This document shows positions 33,460 to 42,678 of a stretch of DNA of 64,000 nt, in pieces. Source of the stretch: a virus (taxonomy: Duplodnaviria; Caudoviricetes); IMG/VR virus record IMGVR_UViG_3300005326_000040, positions 1-64,000 of that record; one strand, written 5' to 3'. The translations under genes and the position numbers were made by a program. Every line of letters begins with the position of its first letter. Position 1 is the first letter of the stretch. The notes beneath the pieces are model-generated. The model ran no database searches. It was not told the DNA's origin and saw only the letters and a program-made list of their open reading frames with translations.

Positions 33460-34863
33460 GGCAGACGCTGTAAGGTCGGGCAACAAATTCGCATAGCCGC
33501 CGACTGAAAGCTGCGTCGTCCCGTCAACAGTAATCTGCGCAAAGTTGCTACAGGAAAATTGCGCTCTGGCACCGACAGTCAAGCAAGTGCCTGTGTTGCC
33601 ACTGCCGAAAATTGGCGCGTCTCCTGCGAACCTGCCACCGTCACGGATCCGAATAGGTGAGGAACCGTCAAAGGCTCCCATCGAATTGATAACCTTCGAT
33701 CGGCTATTCACAGACACGTAGCCGCCAACGACAAGGTAGTCCCAAAGAGTCGATTCACCCCCACCATCAAAAACAGCGTAGCCAAGACGCTGTAGACAGC
33801 ACCGAGCAACCAACGATCCGCTGTTGAAGAACCACGACCATGGCTTTGCGGAATCTGCCCCGAAGAAACACATGGCGAAGTAGTAAGGACCAACCGGTTG
33901 CCAGTAGCCAAACTCAACACGGATGAAGACGGCCATTACACTTCCGTCAACGCTTCCCTTGATCGACTTGTACCCACCAGCTTCTTCGAGAAAGCGAAGG
34001 TCCCTGAACACAACGTTGTCGGTAGCATCTGATCTGTTGTCAGAAATGATGCCTATACCGTTATAGGCATAGACGGTCGGAACGTTGTAGACCGTGAATG
34101 TATTCCCGACTGCTGGAATAGGGTACGGAGTTGTGAATGTGATCGTGTTGTCGCCTGTGACGTTCGCAGGCTGCGTGACCAGTGCAACACCACCGCCAAG
34201 GTTCTTCGCAATGCGAACCCAGGCGTTGCACTCGGTAATGTACACACTGCGACCAACGTGTGGTGCCCAGTCGATTGCCGCTGTGATCTGTGCTCCAGTG
34301 TTCGCCGCGTAGTTGGGGGCAGTGTAGTATGTCAGCATGCCAGTAGCGACAGCTGTTCTAGTTCCAAGAATGCGAAGCTTGCCTGCATTTGTCCAGCCAA
34401 CGCGTCGCGGGATCGGGTCGGTTGTAGGAAGCGTGCTGAGTATCTGCACTTCCATCGTGATCCCATCCGCAACTCCGCCCGTTCTTCGGTACCATTCTGC
34501 TAGAGTCTTAAGCGCAGCAGAAGTGGTATTTCCAACATTTTCATCATTACCATTGATAGGATCAATATACCATTCTGTTTGTTTTGACCACACAAAATCT
34601 ATATGAGCTTCTCTAACCCATTGCTTTGTTCTTGACTTAGCTGTAACAACAGTGATGCCGTCCGCTGTTAATGTTGTGTCTGCGATGAGCCTAAAGTTTG
34701 CGCGCAGTGTTTGAACACGAACAACCCAGTCAGCCGGGAAAGCTTTATCATCAATTTCTGCCAAATTAGTTAAATTGGTTGTGGTAAACTCTTTAACAGA
34801 GAGACCAACGCCATAGCTATACTGGGAGTATTTGGAAGTGTATATGCCTTTAGGACGACTCAT
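33337..34863 (-). CDS. Tail fibre/spike-like beta-rich protein, paralogue B
   Basis: WYIDPINGNDENVG...ALKTLAEWYRR; shares N-terminal ~130 aa and C-terminal ASAGAVLPA.APCTT.AQ.AAAPF with paralogue A. Confidence 0.6.
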   Translation of the reverse strand: MSRPKGIYTSKYSQYSYGVGLSVKEFTTTNLTNLAEIDDKAFPADWVVRVQTLRANFRLIADTTLTADGITVVTAKSRTKQWVREAHIDFVWSKQTEWYIDPINGNDENVGNTTSAALKTLAEWYRRTGGVADGITMEVQILSTLPTTDPIPRRVGWTNAGKLRILGTRTAVATGMLTYYTAPNYAANTGAQITAAIDWAPHVGRSVYITECNAWVRIAKNLGGGVALVTQPANVTGDNTITFTTPYPIPAVGNTFTVYNVPTVYAYNGIGIISDNRSDATDNVVFRDLRFLEEAGGYKSIKGSVDGSVMAVFIRVEFGYWQPVGPYYFAMCFFGADSAKPWSWFFNSGSLVARCCLQRLGYAVFDGGGESTLWDYLVVGGYVSVNSRSKVINSMGAFDGSSPIRIRDGGRFAGDAPIFGSGNTGTCLTVGARAQFSCSNFAQITVDGTTQLSVGGYANLLPDLTASAGAVLPALAPCTTFAQIAAAPFNGKAFNHANGAYAGPAISS

Positions 34864-34943
34864 AATTTAAATGTAAGTTTATTGCTTTATTAATTTGTCG
34901 GGCTTTCCTTAAGTTCTAATAATCTTGAACCAAGAGGATTAAA

Positions 34944-35207
34944 ATGAAATTACGCGAATTGATTGAACGATTGCAACAAATTCAAGATAAAACCAGCACA
35001 AGAGATTATGATGTTGTTGTTTCAGACAGTCATGTTATGATTGAAGATTACAACTGTGTTGTAGGGAATATTGTTCGTGATTTTGAAATTGAAATTGGAA
35101 TCATCGGAAACTTCGATGAATTTGTGACCACGGCGAATTTTGCTAAAGCTCAATGGGATAGCCTAGAAAATACCGTTTCTTTGACTTTGGTTCCTCGTTC
35201 CAAGTAA
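34944..35207 (+). CDS. Hypothetical phage protein
   Basis: ORF track; RBS GAGGA. Confidence 0.6.
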   Translation: MKLRELIERLQQIQDKTSTRDYDVVVSDSHVMIEDYNCVVGNIVRDFEIEIGIIGNFDEFVTTANFAKAQWDSLENTVSLTLVPRSK

Positions 35208-35270
35208 AAGTGGCTGTCTGCTATATATTACTCTTGTTTAGACAAAGTAATATGAAAGGGTAGGAGCCGT

Positions 35271-35774
35271 ATGGTTGATAAAAACGAAAAACATCCGATT
35301 GGTGTTGTTGACGATCTTTCAAAAGATGAATTGAAGTTCCATCAAGAAGTGTTTGTCAAAATTCACGATGCAATTGTAAAGGTCATAAATGACACTTGCA
35401 CAGAGGAACAGCGTGATAACGAAGTGTTTGGTTATCTTTGTGCAGCCGCTATTCTAAGAGTTGCGGCAGAAATTGCTTTGAATTTAAATTATCCAATTCA
35501 GGATTTCGCTGTTCTTAGTGACAGTATGTTTATCTATGAACAAAACATTCGTCTTGCTACGGACAAGGGGTTTCAGCAAAAGCTGCTTGAGAAAATTAGT
35601 GCAAAAGTTGGCGTCAAGATTGACCCCAAGAATGCAAATGAATTATCGGAAGCAATTAATAGTTTGCCTCCAGAAGAGATTTTCAAAGCGTTTATGGAAA
35701 TCAATGGAGATGAGCCGCAAAAAGAATCTATTCCACCAATTAATGTCAAGCCGCCAAAATCTTCATTAAATTAA
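35271..35774 (+). CDS. Hypothetical protein
   Basis: ORF track; RBS AGGAG. Confidence 0.65.
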   Translation: MVDKNEKHPIGVVDDLSKDELKFHQEVFVKIHDAIVKVINDTCTEEQRDNEVFGYLCAAAILRVAAEIALNLNYPIQDFAVLSDSMFIYEQNIRLATDKGFQQKLLEKISAKVGVKIDPKNANELSEAINSLPPEEIFKAFMEINGDEPQKESIPPINVKPPKSSLN

Positions 35775-35782
35775 GAGCGAAC

Positions 35783-36862
35783 ATGAAAATTGCAATTTAT
35801 TCCATTTCAAAGAATGAAGCTAAGCATGTAAAAAGATTCATGGATTCCGTAAGGGATGCTGACTACGTTTATGTTGGCGACACAGGCAGTACGGATAATA
35901 CTTGTGATTTGTTAGTTGAACAAGGAGCTACTTTACTAGTTGTAGATGTTAATCCATGGCGTTTTGATGTTGCTAGGAATTATGTTTTAGATCGCCTTCC
36001 TCTAGATGTAGATGTTGCCATTGCTTTGGACCTTGATGAAATTATGTGTTTTGATTGGCGAAACATTATCGAAAAAGCATGGGAAGTTAACAATACAACA
36101 AGGCTTATTTATTCGTTTGTTGGAAGCCATAGGGCGGATGGTACGCCAGACCTCGTTTTCTTTTCCAAGAAAATACATTCTAGATTTGGTTATGAATGGA
36201 AATATCCTGTTCACGAAACCCTGTATCCAAAGCATGCTTTTAACGAAATTGTAGTCGGGGCGCCCGATCTTTTTATCGAGCATTTTCCAGACCACAACAA
36301 GCCAAGGGCTTCATATCTTCCATTGCTAGAATTGAGCGTGAAGGAAAATCCCGATAATTTGCAGCATATAATGTATTTGGCGCGCGAGTACTTCTATGCT
36401 AATAGGTTACTTGAGGCTGAAACTTTATTCCATGATTTTATTCGTCGAGAAGGTTGGATTGTAGAACGTGTATTTTGCTATAGAATGTTGGCAAAAATAG
36501 CAAAACTAAAAGGAGATATGGATTTGCATTATTCTATGCTCCTTAAAGCTTGTGCTGAAAAACCAACCGAACGAGAACCTTGGTTTGATTTGTTGGAATA
36601 CTACTATTTGAAAGCCGAGTGGTGGAATGGTATTTTTGCTGCCAAGCAAGGTATGAAGATTGAAGAACGTCCTAGTCACTATCTTACTGATTCAAATGCT
36701 TGGGGCGCACCGTTCTACGACCTTGCGTCATTATGTATGTGGAATTCTGAGCTAATTGAATTCCGCTCTGACGCAATTTGTACCTGTCAAAGAGCATTAG
36801 CATTATGCCCTACAGACCCGCGACTGCAAATGAATTATGAAATGATGAACCGAATTTCATGA
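35783..36862 (+). CDS. Glycosyltransferase family 2 with C-terminal TPR repeats
   Basis: ISKNEAKHVKRF, VGDTGSTDNT, FDVARN, ALDLDE (DxD), YPVHE; helical TPR-like C-half. Confidence 0.9.
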   Translation: MKIAIYSISKNEAKHVKRFMDSVRDADYVYVGDTGSTDNTCDLLVEQGATLLVVDVNPWRFDVARNYVLDRLPLDVDVAIALDLDEIMCFDWRNIIEKAWEVNNTTRLIYSFVGSHRADGTPDLVFFSKKIHSRFGYEWKYPVHETLYPKHAFNEIVVGAPDLFIEHFPDHNKPRASYLPLLELSVKENPDNLQHIMYLAREYFYANRLLEAETLFHDFIRREGWIVERVFCYRMLAKIAKLKGDMDLHYSMLLKACAEKPTEREPWFDLLEYYYLKAEWWNGIFAAKQGMKIEERPSHYLTDSNAWGAPFYDLASLCMWNSELIEFRSDAICTCQRALALCPTDPRLQMNYEMMNRIS

Positions 36863-38166
36863 AGCCTAAAGACAACCCATATTGCACCTTCACAACATTG
36901 CGCCCTCAAGAGAATGTCGCAGATGCGACAAATGGGCATGTTGCAAAACAAGCAAAAATCATAACTGAAAAGGATCTGTCTCCAGATCAAAAAGAAGTTT
37001 ATGATTTGATGTTGAAGTTTGCAAATACTCCGCAATTAAAGCTATTGACAGTTGGCGGAGTTGCTGGGTCTGGTAAGACCACTGTGTTATCGTTGTTTGC
37101 AAAAACGATTAAACAGAGGGCTTTCTATTGTACGTTCACTGGTAAAGCAGCTTGCGTTCTTCGTAATAAGCTGATGGAGCATGGCGTTGACCCTGAGTAT
37201 TGCGGTACGATTCATAGTCTTATTTACGTTCCAATTGTTGATTGGCGAACAAAGCGCATTTTAGGCTGGAAGAAACGACCAGAACTTGATTGTGATTTGA
37301 TTGTTGTAGATGAAGGTTCAATGGTTGGGCAAAAAATATGGAATGATTTGCGATTTTATAATAAGCCCATCTTAGTGGTCGGCGATCACGCACAGCTTCC
37401 GCCGATTAATTCCTGCATCAATTTGATGGAGAACCCAACGCTAAAGTTGGAGAAAATTCACCGTCAGGCAGAAGGTAATCCTATTCTCAAGCTTTCGGCT
37501 ATGATAAGGAATGGTGAACGATATGAGAATTATGACTTTGGTGATGATAGAGTAAGATTTGTTAGTAAGTATGATTCAAAAGCTTTAGGGCAATTCATCG
37601 AAGAAGCTTATCTTAAGCCGGGCATCACAAGCGCTGAACGTTTAGACTCAGCTGTTCTAACATACTACAATAGTTCTCGGGTTAAATTCAACAAAGGTGT
37701 TAGAGCCGATTTGGGTTATGGTTCTATTCCAGAAGACGGGGATGTTGTTATTTGCTTAAAGAATTGGTATTATGATGATGGTTCTATTTACAACGGAATG
37801 CGCGGCCTAGTAAAAGAATCAGTTAGTAATATATCCGATAATATGTATACTACCAAGATTGATTTTATGTACGATTATATGGGAATCGAAGGCCATATAA
37901 ATTCGCAACAGTTCGATAACCCAAATACTTTTTCTACATTGGAAGATGTTGAATATGCTACAGGAGAACGTTTTCGTTCCTGGGGTGATGTAGGGTTGTT
38001 GTTTGATTATGGGTACGCTCTTACCTGTCATAAGGCTCAAGGCTCACAATTTTCTAATGTGCTAGTATATGTCGAACAAAATAGCAGAATGACAGACTCA
38101 GACTTTAGACGATGGATATATACAGCTACGACTCGCAGTTCAGATAGATTAGTTGTTGCAATTTGA
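36859..38166 (+). CDS. SF1B DNA helicase (RecD/Dda-like)
   Basis: Walker A GVAGSGKTT, TFTGKAA, VDEGSMV, GDHAQLPP, IHRQA, YALTCHKAQGSQF, YTATTRS. Confidence 0.95.
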   Translation: MKPKDNPYCTFTTLRPQENVADATNGHVAKQAKIITEKDLSPDQKEVYDLMLKFANTPQLKLLTVGGVAGSGKTTVLSLFAKTIKQRAFYCTFTGKAACVLRNKLMEHGVDPEYCGTIHSLIYVPIVDWRTKRILGWKKRPELDCDLIVVDEGSMVGQKIWNDLRFYNKPILVVGDHAQLPPINSCINLMENPTLKLEKIHRQAEGNPILKLSAMIRNGERYENYDFGDDRVRFVSKYDSKALGQFIEEAYLKPGITSAERLDSAVLTYYNSSRVKFNKGVRADLGYGSIPEDGDVVICLKNWYYDDGSIYNGMRGLVKESVSNISDNMYTTKIDFMYDYMGIEGHINSQQFDNPNTFSTLEDVEYATGERFRSWGDVGLLFDYGYALTCHKAQGSQFSNVLVYVEQNSRMTDSDFRRWIYTATTRSSDRLVVAI

Positions 38167-38175
38167 AAGAACACA

Positions 38176-38487
38176 ATGGAAAACGCTAAACCAAAACTCA
38201 CATATTTTGATGGCTCTAAAACTCATGTAGGCAAACAATTATGTTGTCATTGTAAATTCTTTAGCGGTAAGAACAAGGCTTGGTGGAAGAAAGAGGTTAC
38301 TGGGCATTGTGTTCGGTGCAATGATTGTTATCCACAGGCGTGTTTTTGTATGGGAAGTAACGTTGGTTTAACAGACAACTGTAACCATTGGGTAGAACGC
38401 TCTGATGCCGCATTAATAACCTCAGAAGACACTCTTCCAACAAAGTGTGAGCTAGAGTGGGACGATAAACATAATTGTAAGGTTTGA
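38176..38487 (+). CDS. Cys-rich protein; paralogue of 22219-22485
   Basis: See 22219-22485. Confidence 0.65.
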   Translation: MENAKPKLTYFDGSKTHVGKQLCCHCKFFSGKNKAWWKKEVTGHCVRCNDCYPQACFCMGSNVGLTDNCNHWVERSDAALITSEDTLPTKCELEWDDKHNCKV

Positions 38488-39167
38488 TAATGAAAACCAA
38501 AGAGCTAATTAAACTTCTTCAGGAAACGGACCCTGTAGGAGAAACGGAGGTTGTTGTTGGAGCGAGTGACATTTATTTCTTACAGCATGCTCCAATGTAT
38601 TACGACGGCTTACCCATCATTTTAATTAGAGATGATGATAAGAAACCATACTACAATATCGCAGGATTCAAGGTGACTAGCAATGGCAATAAAATCACGA
38701 TTAGGACGGTTGATTTTGAGGATGTTCTTACAAACGACCCTAACTGCACTGTCGAGCTTGCTGACGATCGTGCTGTACGAACTTATAGTAAACAGATTGA
38801 ACATTTGAAAAGACATTTGTTAACAAACTCTGAAACTTTTGTTTCGCTTCAAGCATATTCCTGTAGAGGAAAGGCTTTCTTTGCGGAGGCGGGGAAATGT
38901 TTAGACTTGGATACTAACGGCAATCTAGATTCTAGCTTAGGCTTTACATTTGAAGAAGGCCAAATTTTACGAGTAAGGTGGCCTGATAAAGAAATTTCAG
39001 AACACAAGGTTGTGTTTCAGGAAATGGAAGAAAGAGTATTTGATAATGGACAGTTTTGTACTGTTCAAAATCAAATCCCGCACATCGAACATACTATCAA
39101 TGGGCTTTCATTTCTTTTGCCCATTGATGGCGAGCTTGAAATTTGCTTGGAGGACTTAGCAAAATGA
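38484..39167 (+). CDS. Hypothetical phage protein
   Basis: ORF track. Confidence 0.6.
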   Translation: MIMKTKELIKLLQETDPVGETEVVVGASDIYFLQHAPMYYDGLPIILIRDDDKKPYYNIAGFKVTSNGNKITIRTVDFEDVLTNDPNCTVELADDRAVRTYSKQIEHLKRHLLTNSETFVSLQAYSCRGKAFFAEAGKCLDLDTNGNLDSSLGFTFEEGQILRVRWPDKEISEHKVVFQEMEERVFDNGQFCTVQNQIPHIEHTINGLSFLLPIDGELEICLEDLAK

Positions 39168-39526
39168 AAATAAATAAAGTAACGTATTCTTATCAGCGCG
39201 GGATGTTAGTGCCTGCTATCCTTCAAACTATTTACAATCTTGTAAACTTTATTATTCCGTTTCTGTTTGGAATGTTTGCAGGATATTACTCAAGGCATGA
39301 TGGGCGATCAATTTTTGAATCAATTATGTGGGTTGGTATATTTACGATAGGTTTTATTGCCTCAGATATTACTATTAACATTTTTCATGAACGCAGCGCG
39401 ATAAAAAAAGAAAAGAAAAAGATTGAGGAAAGCTTGAAAAAGGCTTTAGGCGATGATCTTGATTTGCAGGAAGTATCAGAGGATAAGATGAAGGCTTTGT
39501 CTAGCGAGGAAAAGAAAGAGTCGTAA
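39143..39526 (+). CDS. Two-TM membrane protein
   Basis: Two hydrophobic segments; charged tail. Confidence 0.6.
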   Translation: MLGGLSKMKINKVTYSYQRGMLVPAILQTIYNLVNFIIPFLFGMFAGYYSRHDGRSIFESIMWVGIFTIGFIASDITINIFHERSAIKKEKKKIEESLKKALGDDLDLQEVSEDKMKALSSEEKKES

Positions 39527-39527
39527 G

Positions 39528-40187
39528 TTATCCGTAGATGTCTTCCATGGCTGGGTCATCTTCAAACTCAGTCGTCGCGTCAATTGCAGCATTCTTTTCT
39601 TTCATCGCATCAATGTATGATTGACTTGGGTACATAAACTCAAGCTCAACCATTCCTCTCTTAAGCAAAGCCTCTCTAATAAGATATGTGTTTCGAACGT
39701 CAACGGCTGCGGTGTGCTGGTCTTCTGTTTCGCCTTTGATTCCTAGCTTAACCAACATGTCTTCTAGTCTTGCACCTTTATCAAGCTTTTTATCTTTGAT
39801 ATATTTTCTACTCATAGCGAGAGTGCATTCCCACATCTTAGCGGGAAAGATTTCTCCGACACGTTTCCACATAGCCTCACAGAAACGCTGGTCGAAGGAA
39901 TAGTGATGAGCAATCATAATTCGTTCTTCTGGGCTTACTCCATCTTCGTTCAAGAATCGATTTACCATGGGAACAACTTCTGCAAGATATTTTCCACGAC
40001 TCATTAGTTCCCGTACGGTTTTGTTAGTGATTTCTAATGCTCGTGGCTGACACCATTCTGGATGTTCGATACGTATTTCCCAGATTTTTTGGGTCATATC
40101 CTCCAAACGAAGAATAGAAATCTCAGTTAGTTCTCCTTTTTCTGGAACTAATCCCGTCGTTTCCGTATCTATGAGATATCGTTTCAT
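39528..40187 (-). CDS. DEDDh 3'-5' exonuclease (second copy)
   Basis: LIDTETTG, IAHHYSFD, HTAAVDV. Confidence 0.9.
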   Translation of the reverse strand: MKRYLIDTETTGLVPEKGELTEISILRLEDMTQKIWEIRIEHPEWCQPRALEITNKTVRELMSRGKYLAEVVPMVNRFLNEDGVSPEERIMIAHHYSFDQRFCEAMWKRVGEIFPAKMWECTLAMSRKYIKDKKLDKGARLEDMLVKLGIKGETEDQHTAAVDVRNTYLIREALLKRGMVELEFMYPSQSYIDAMKEKNAAIDATTEFEDDPAMEDIYG

Positions 40188-40195
40188 TTTTAGCC

Positions 40196-40507
40196 CTATC
40201 TTTTATCAAACGAGAATACTTTGTTGATCGTTCCCGCAAGATAAACTGCAAGCGAGCGGATACGATCATTGTGGATAATAGGTTTTGATATGAAAGACGG
40301 TAGTACTCGACCTTTTTTAACTGCTTCGACGGCTTCCTTGGGGTCGAAGGCCCATACTCGAAAATGTACAGTAATAGGGGACATTACTTCCATTTTTACA
40401 TCGTAGCAAACTTTTTGTTTAGGTTTTTCTGTCTGGGCCTCTTTTTTCATCTTGGGCTTGCCCAATAGCTTTTCGGCAACTTCCTTCATTATTTTTGTTG
40501 TTGGCAT
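40196..40507 (-). CDS. Hypothetical basic protein
   Basis: ORF track; RBS GGAG on the minus strand. Confidence 0.6.
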   Translation of the reverse strand: MPTTKIMKEVAEKLLGKPKMKKEAQTEKPKQKVCYDVKMEVMSPITVHFRVWAFDPKEAVEAVKKGRVLPSFISKPIIHNDRIRSLAVYLAGTINKVFSFDKR

Positions 40508-40548
40508 ATAGAACTCCTATCGTTAATACAATATATTACACAGCAGCC

Positions 40549-41316
40549 ATGTCAAATGATAACAATCTTGAAAAGATTTTGGGTTTATTGAAAAAAGAAG
40601 CAAAGGAGCAACCTTCTCCTTTGTCTATCGAAAACATTCCCGCAATGGAAAATGTAGGCTCAAGTAAGCCTGTCAAGTCAGAATTATCCATTGAAAATAT
40701 TCCGAAGCCTAACGAAGAAAAAAAGACAGAAGAAAAGATATTATCCACTGACGAAAGACCACAATGGCCCATTCGTGGTGGTTGGTCTTCGTTGGGAGAA
40801 TTTGGGCAAGGTGACGCCCGGCATAGAGAAGGAAAGAGTGAGCAAGAACTAGCAGCAACTGGAGGGCACGCAGGATTAGATATGGAAGCTAATGCAGGAA
40901 CCCCTATTTATCCTATGTTGTCTGGAACAGTTCAGAAGGCTTATACTCCAACCGCTAAATGGAAAAAGAAGGGTGACCCAGAGAAACAAGGTAATATCGT
41001 TGTGATTGATCATGGCAATGGGTTGATTACAAGATACATGCATCTTCAGGAAGTTACAACTTCTCCTGGAGCCAAAGTTACGCAGCAAACCCAAATAGGA
41101 AGCGTTGGTAATTCTGGCAACGCAGTCAACACAAACCCTCATCTTCATTTTGAGGTTCTTGAGAAGGGTTCTCCTAAGAATCCGAGAACAGCAATTTTAG
41201 AGAAACCTGAGCCAAAGTTAAAATCTAAACTGGATAGGAAAGCCAGAATGGTATTGTTTCAGCGATTAGTAAAGCAAGCTGTTGCTGCTGATAAAGTTTG
41301 GGAAGATGAGGACTAG
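40549..41316 (+). CDS. M23 family Zn metallopeptidase (peptidoglycan hydrolase)
   Basis: HAGLD (HxxxD), GTPIY, IDHGNGLITRYMHL, VGNSG..NPHLHFEV (HxH); track start 40495, likely ATG 40549. Confidence 0.9.
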   Translation: MSNDNNLEKILGLLKKEAKEQPSPLSIENIPAMENVGSSKPVKSELSIENIPKPNEEKKTEEKILSTDERPQWPIRGGWSSLGEFGQGDARHREGKSEQELAATGGHAGLDMEANAGTPIYPMLSGTVQKAYTPTAKWKKKGDPEKQGNIVVIDHGNGLITRYMHLQEVTTSPGAKVTQQTQIGSVGNSGNAVNTNPHLHFEVLEKGSPKNPRTAILEKPEPKLKSKLDRKARMVLFQRLVKQAVAADKVWEDED

Positions 41317-41522
41317 TCTTCTATTGGGTCATCGTTGCCAACGCCGTTGACAATAATCATTTCATCAAAGTCAGTCAAACCGCAGTAAGAACAATGTTCG
41401 TTGTAGATTTCAAAAAGCCCCAGAGTTTTGCCGCAGTTTGGACATTTGACAAACGCTCTATTTTCTAAGAAGAGCTGAATGACTGTGTGAAAGAGGTCTT
41501 TCCCGTCATGTTCTTCATCCAT
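41313..41522 (-). CDS. Small Zn-ribbon protein (CPNC...CSYC)
   Basis: ORF track. Confidence 0.6.
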   Translation of the reverse strand: MDEEHDGKDLFHTVIQLFLENRAFVKCPNCGKTLGLFEIYNEHCSYCGLTDFDEMIIVNGVGNDDPIED

Positions 41523-41610
41523 GCTTGGATGCCCTTAAATTGCCAATAAATTCATATCGTTTCTGAAAGTCCTCCTTTAAGATATATAATTCCCAACAAA
41601 TAGGTGAACA

Positions 41611-42678
41611 ATGTTTGAGCGTTTTTTTCGTAAGGCCGCACTCGATAAGATTATTTCTAAAGCAGCAGCTTCTCTTTCCGAGATTTTAGAAGAAGAGCTT
41701 GAGAAAGCTAGACTTCATAATCAGACAGCTGGAGAAAGCAACCCTCCTGCCAAAGACAAAGAGATTCCCAATAAGCCCGTGTTTTCTAACAATCAACCCG
41801 TTCATATTGCGCTGAATACGCCTGGAACAAGTGTTACTGTTCCTACGAACCCAATTATTGGTGGAACGACTTATACAGATGAAAAGGGGCAAACAAAGTA
41901 CAAAGGAGGCAAGTACAATGTTATGATTTGGATTCGTCCAGGCAGCCTAAAGAATAGCAAAGGAGATATGCGCCCTGTGTTGACGAATTCCATTGTGGTG
42001 GTTGCGGAGGCTGGTGGGATGGGCGATTCTGAGAACACTAAAGCATATGGTAATGCAGCATTTGTTAATAACGCTCTTGCTAAAATTGATTCTCAGATGA
42101 AAGCTCGCTTTGGTGATGTATCGCTTGGTAAGTATGGTCTTGCGGCATTTTCGGGAGGAGCGGGGGCTGTTCGGCAAATTCTCAATGAAACGAGCAACAA
42201 AAAACCAGATGCAGTTATTGTTCTAGATAGTATTCATAATCTAGGAAAGGAAGTTAATCCGAAGAGTATCGAGCCGTTTGTTCAGTATGCTAAGCTGGCA
42301 GCAGAAAATCCTAATTCAGCCAAATTGTTTCTAGCTTACTCGCGAATTACGCCTTCTCGTAAAACAGACAAAGGTTATGAGAACTACGTGTCATCAAGGC
42401 AGAGCGCCGAGTATATAGCCAATCAGGTTGGTGCCAAGCAAACAAACGTCGATAAAGCTTATGGAAACATCAAGCCTTATGCTGTTCACTCCGTTGGTGG
42501 AGTTACTCTTATTGACGCCTATGACCCGGCTCGGGCAAAAGACCCTACCCGAAAGTGGGATGAAGCTAAGAAAGCTTATGTTAGTCCCCTCAAAGGCACA
42601 CTTCAGGAGCAGCATGTTGAGATAGCCAATGCTGCACCAGATATTGTTAGTGAACTCGCTATAGATTGGAACGCCTAA
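41611..42678 (+). CDS. Alpha/beta-hydrolase-fold protein
   Basis: Nucleophile-elbow-like GLAAFSGGAGAVRQIL, DAVIVLDSIH, late His (EQHVE). Confidence 0.6.
   Translation: MFERFFRKAALDKIISKAAASLSEILEEELEKARLHNQTAGESNPPAKDKEIPNKPVFSNNQPVHIALNTPGTSVTVPTNPIIGGTTYTDEKGQTKYKGGKYNVMIWIRPGSLKNSKGDMRPVLTNSIVVVAEAGGMGDSENTKAYGNAAFVNNALAKIDSQMKARFGDVSLGKYGLAAFSGGAGAVRQILNETSNKKPDAVIVLDSIHNLGKEVNPKSIEPFVQYAKLAAENPNSAKLFLAYSRITPSRKTDKGYENYVSSRQSAEYIANQVGAKQTNVDKAYGNIKPYAVHSVGGVTLIDAYDPARAKDPTRKWDEAKKAYVSPLKGTLQEQHVEIANAAPDIVSELAIDWNA

Noticed and set aside
33120-33500. Diversity-generating retroelement TR/VR pair at the fibre gene 3' ends
   Set aside because: Differences between the copies fall mostly at third codon positions and not specifically at adenines; both copies are coding; no reverse transcriptase in the window.
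31712-34863. Mu/P1-type invertase-controlled fibre switch
   Set aside because: Both genes have their own complete N-termini, the 5' ends are diverged at DNA level, and no recombinase or crossover-site pair flanks the segment.
9552-41522. Numerous small Cys-rich ORFs as one coordinated system
   Set aside because: Cys spacings differ and the genes are scattered. Small Zn-binding hypotheticals are common in large phages, so only the clear paralogue pair is reported.
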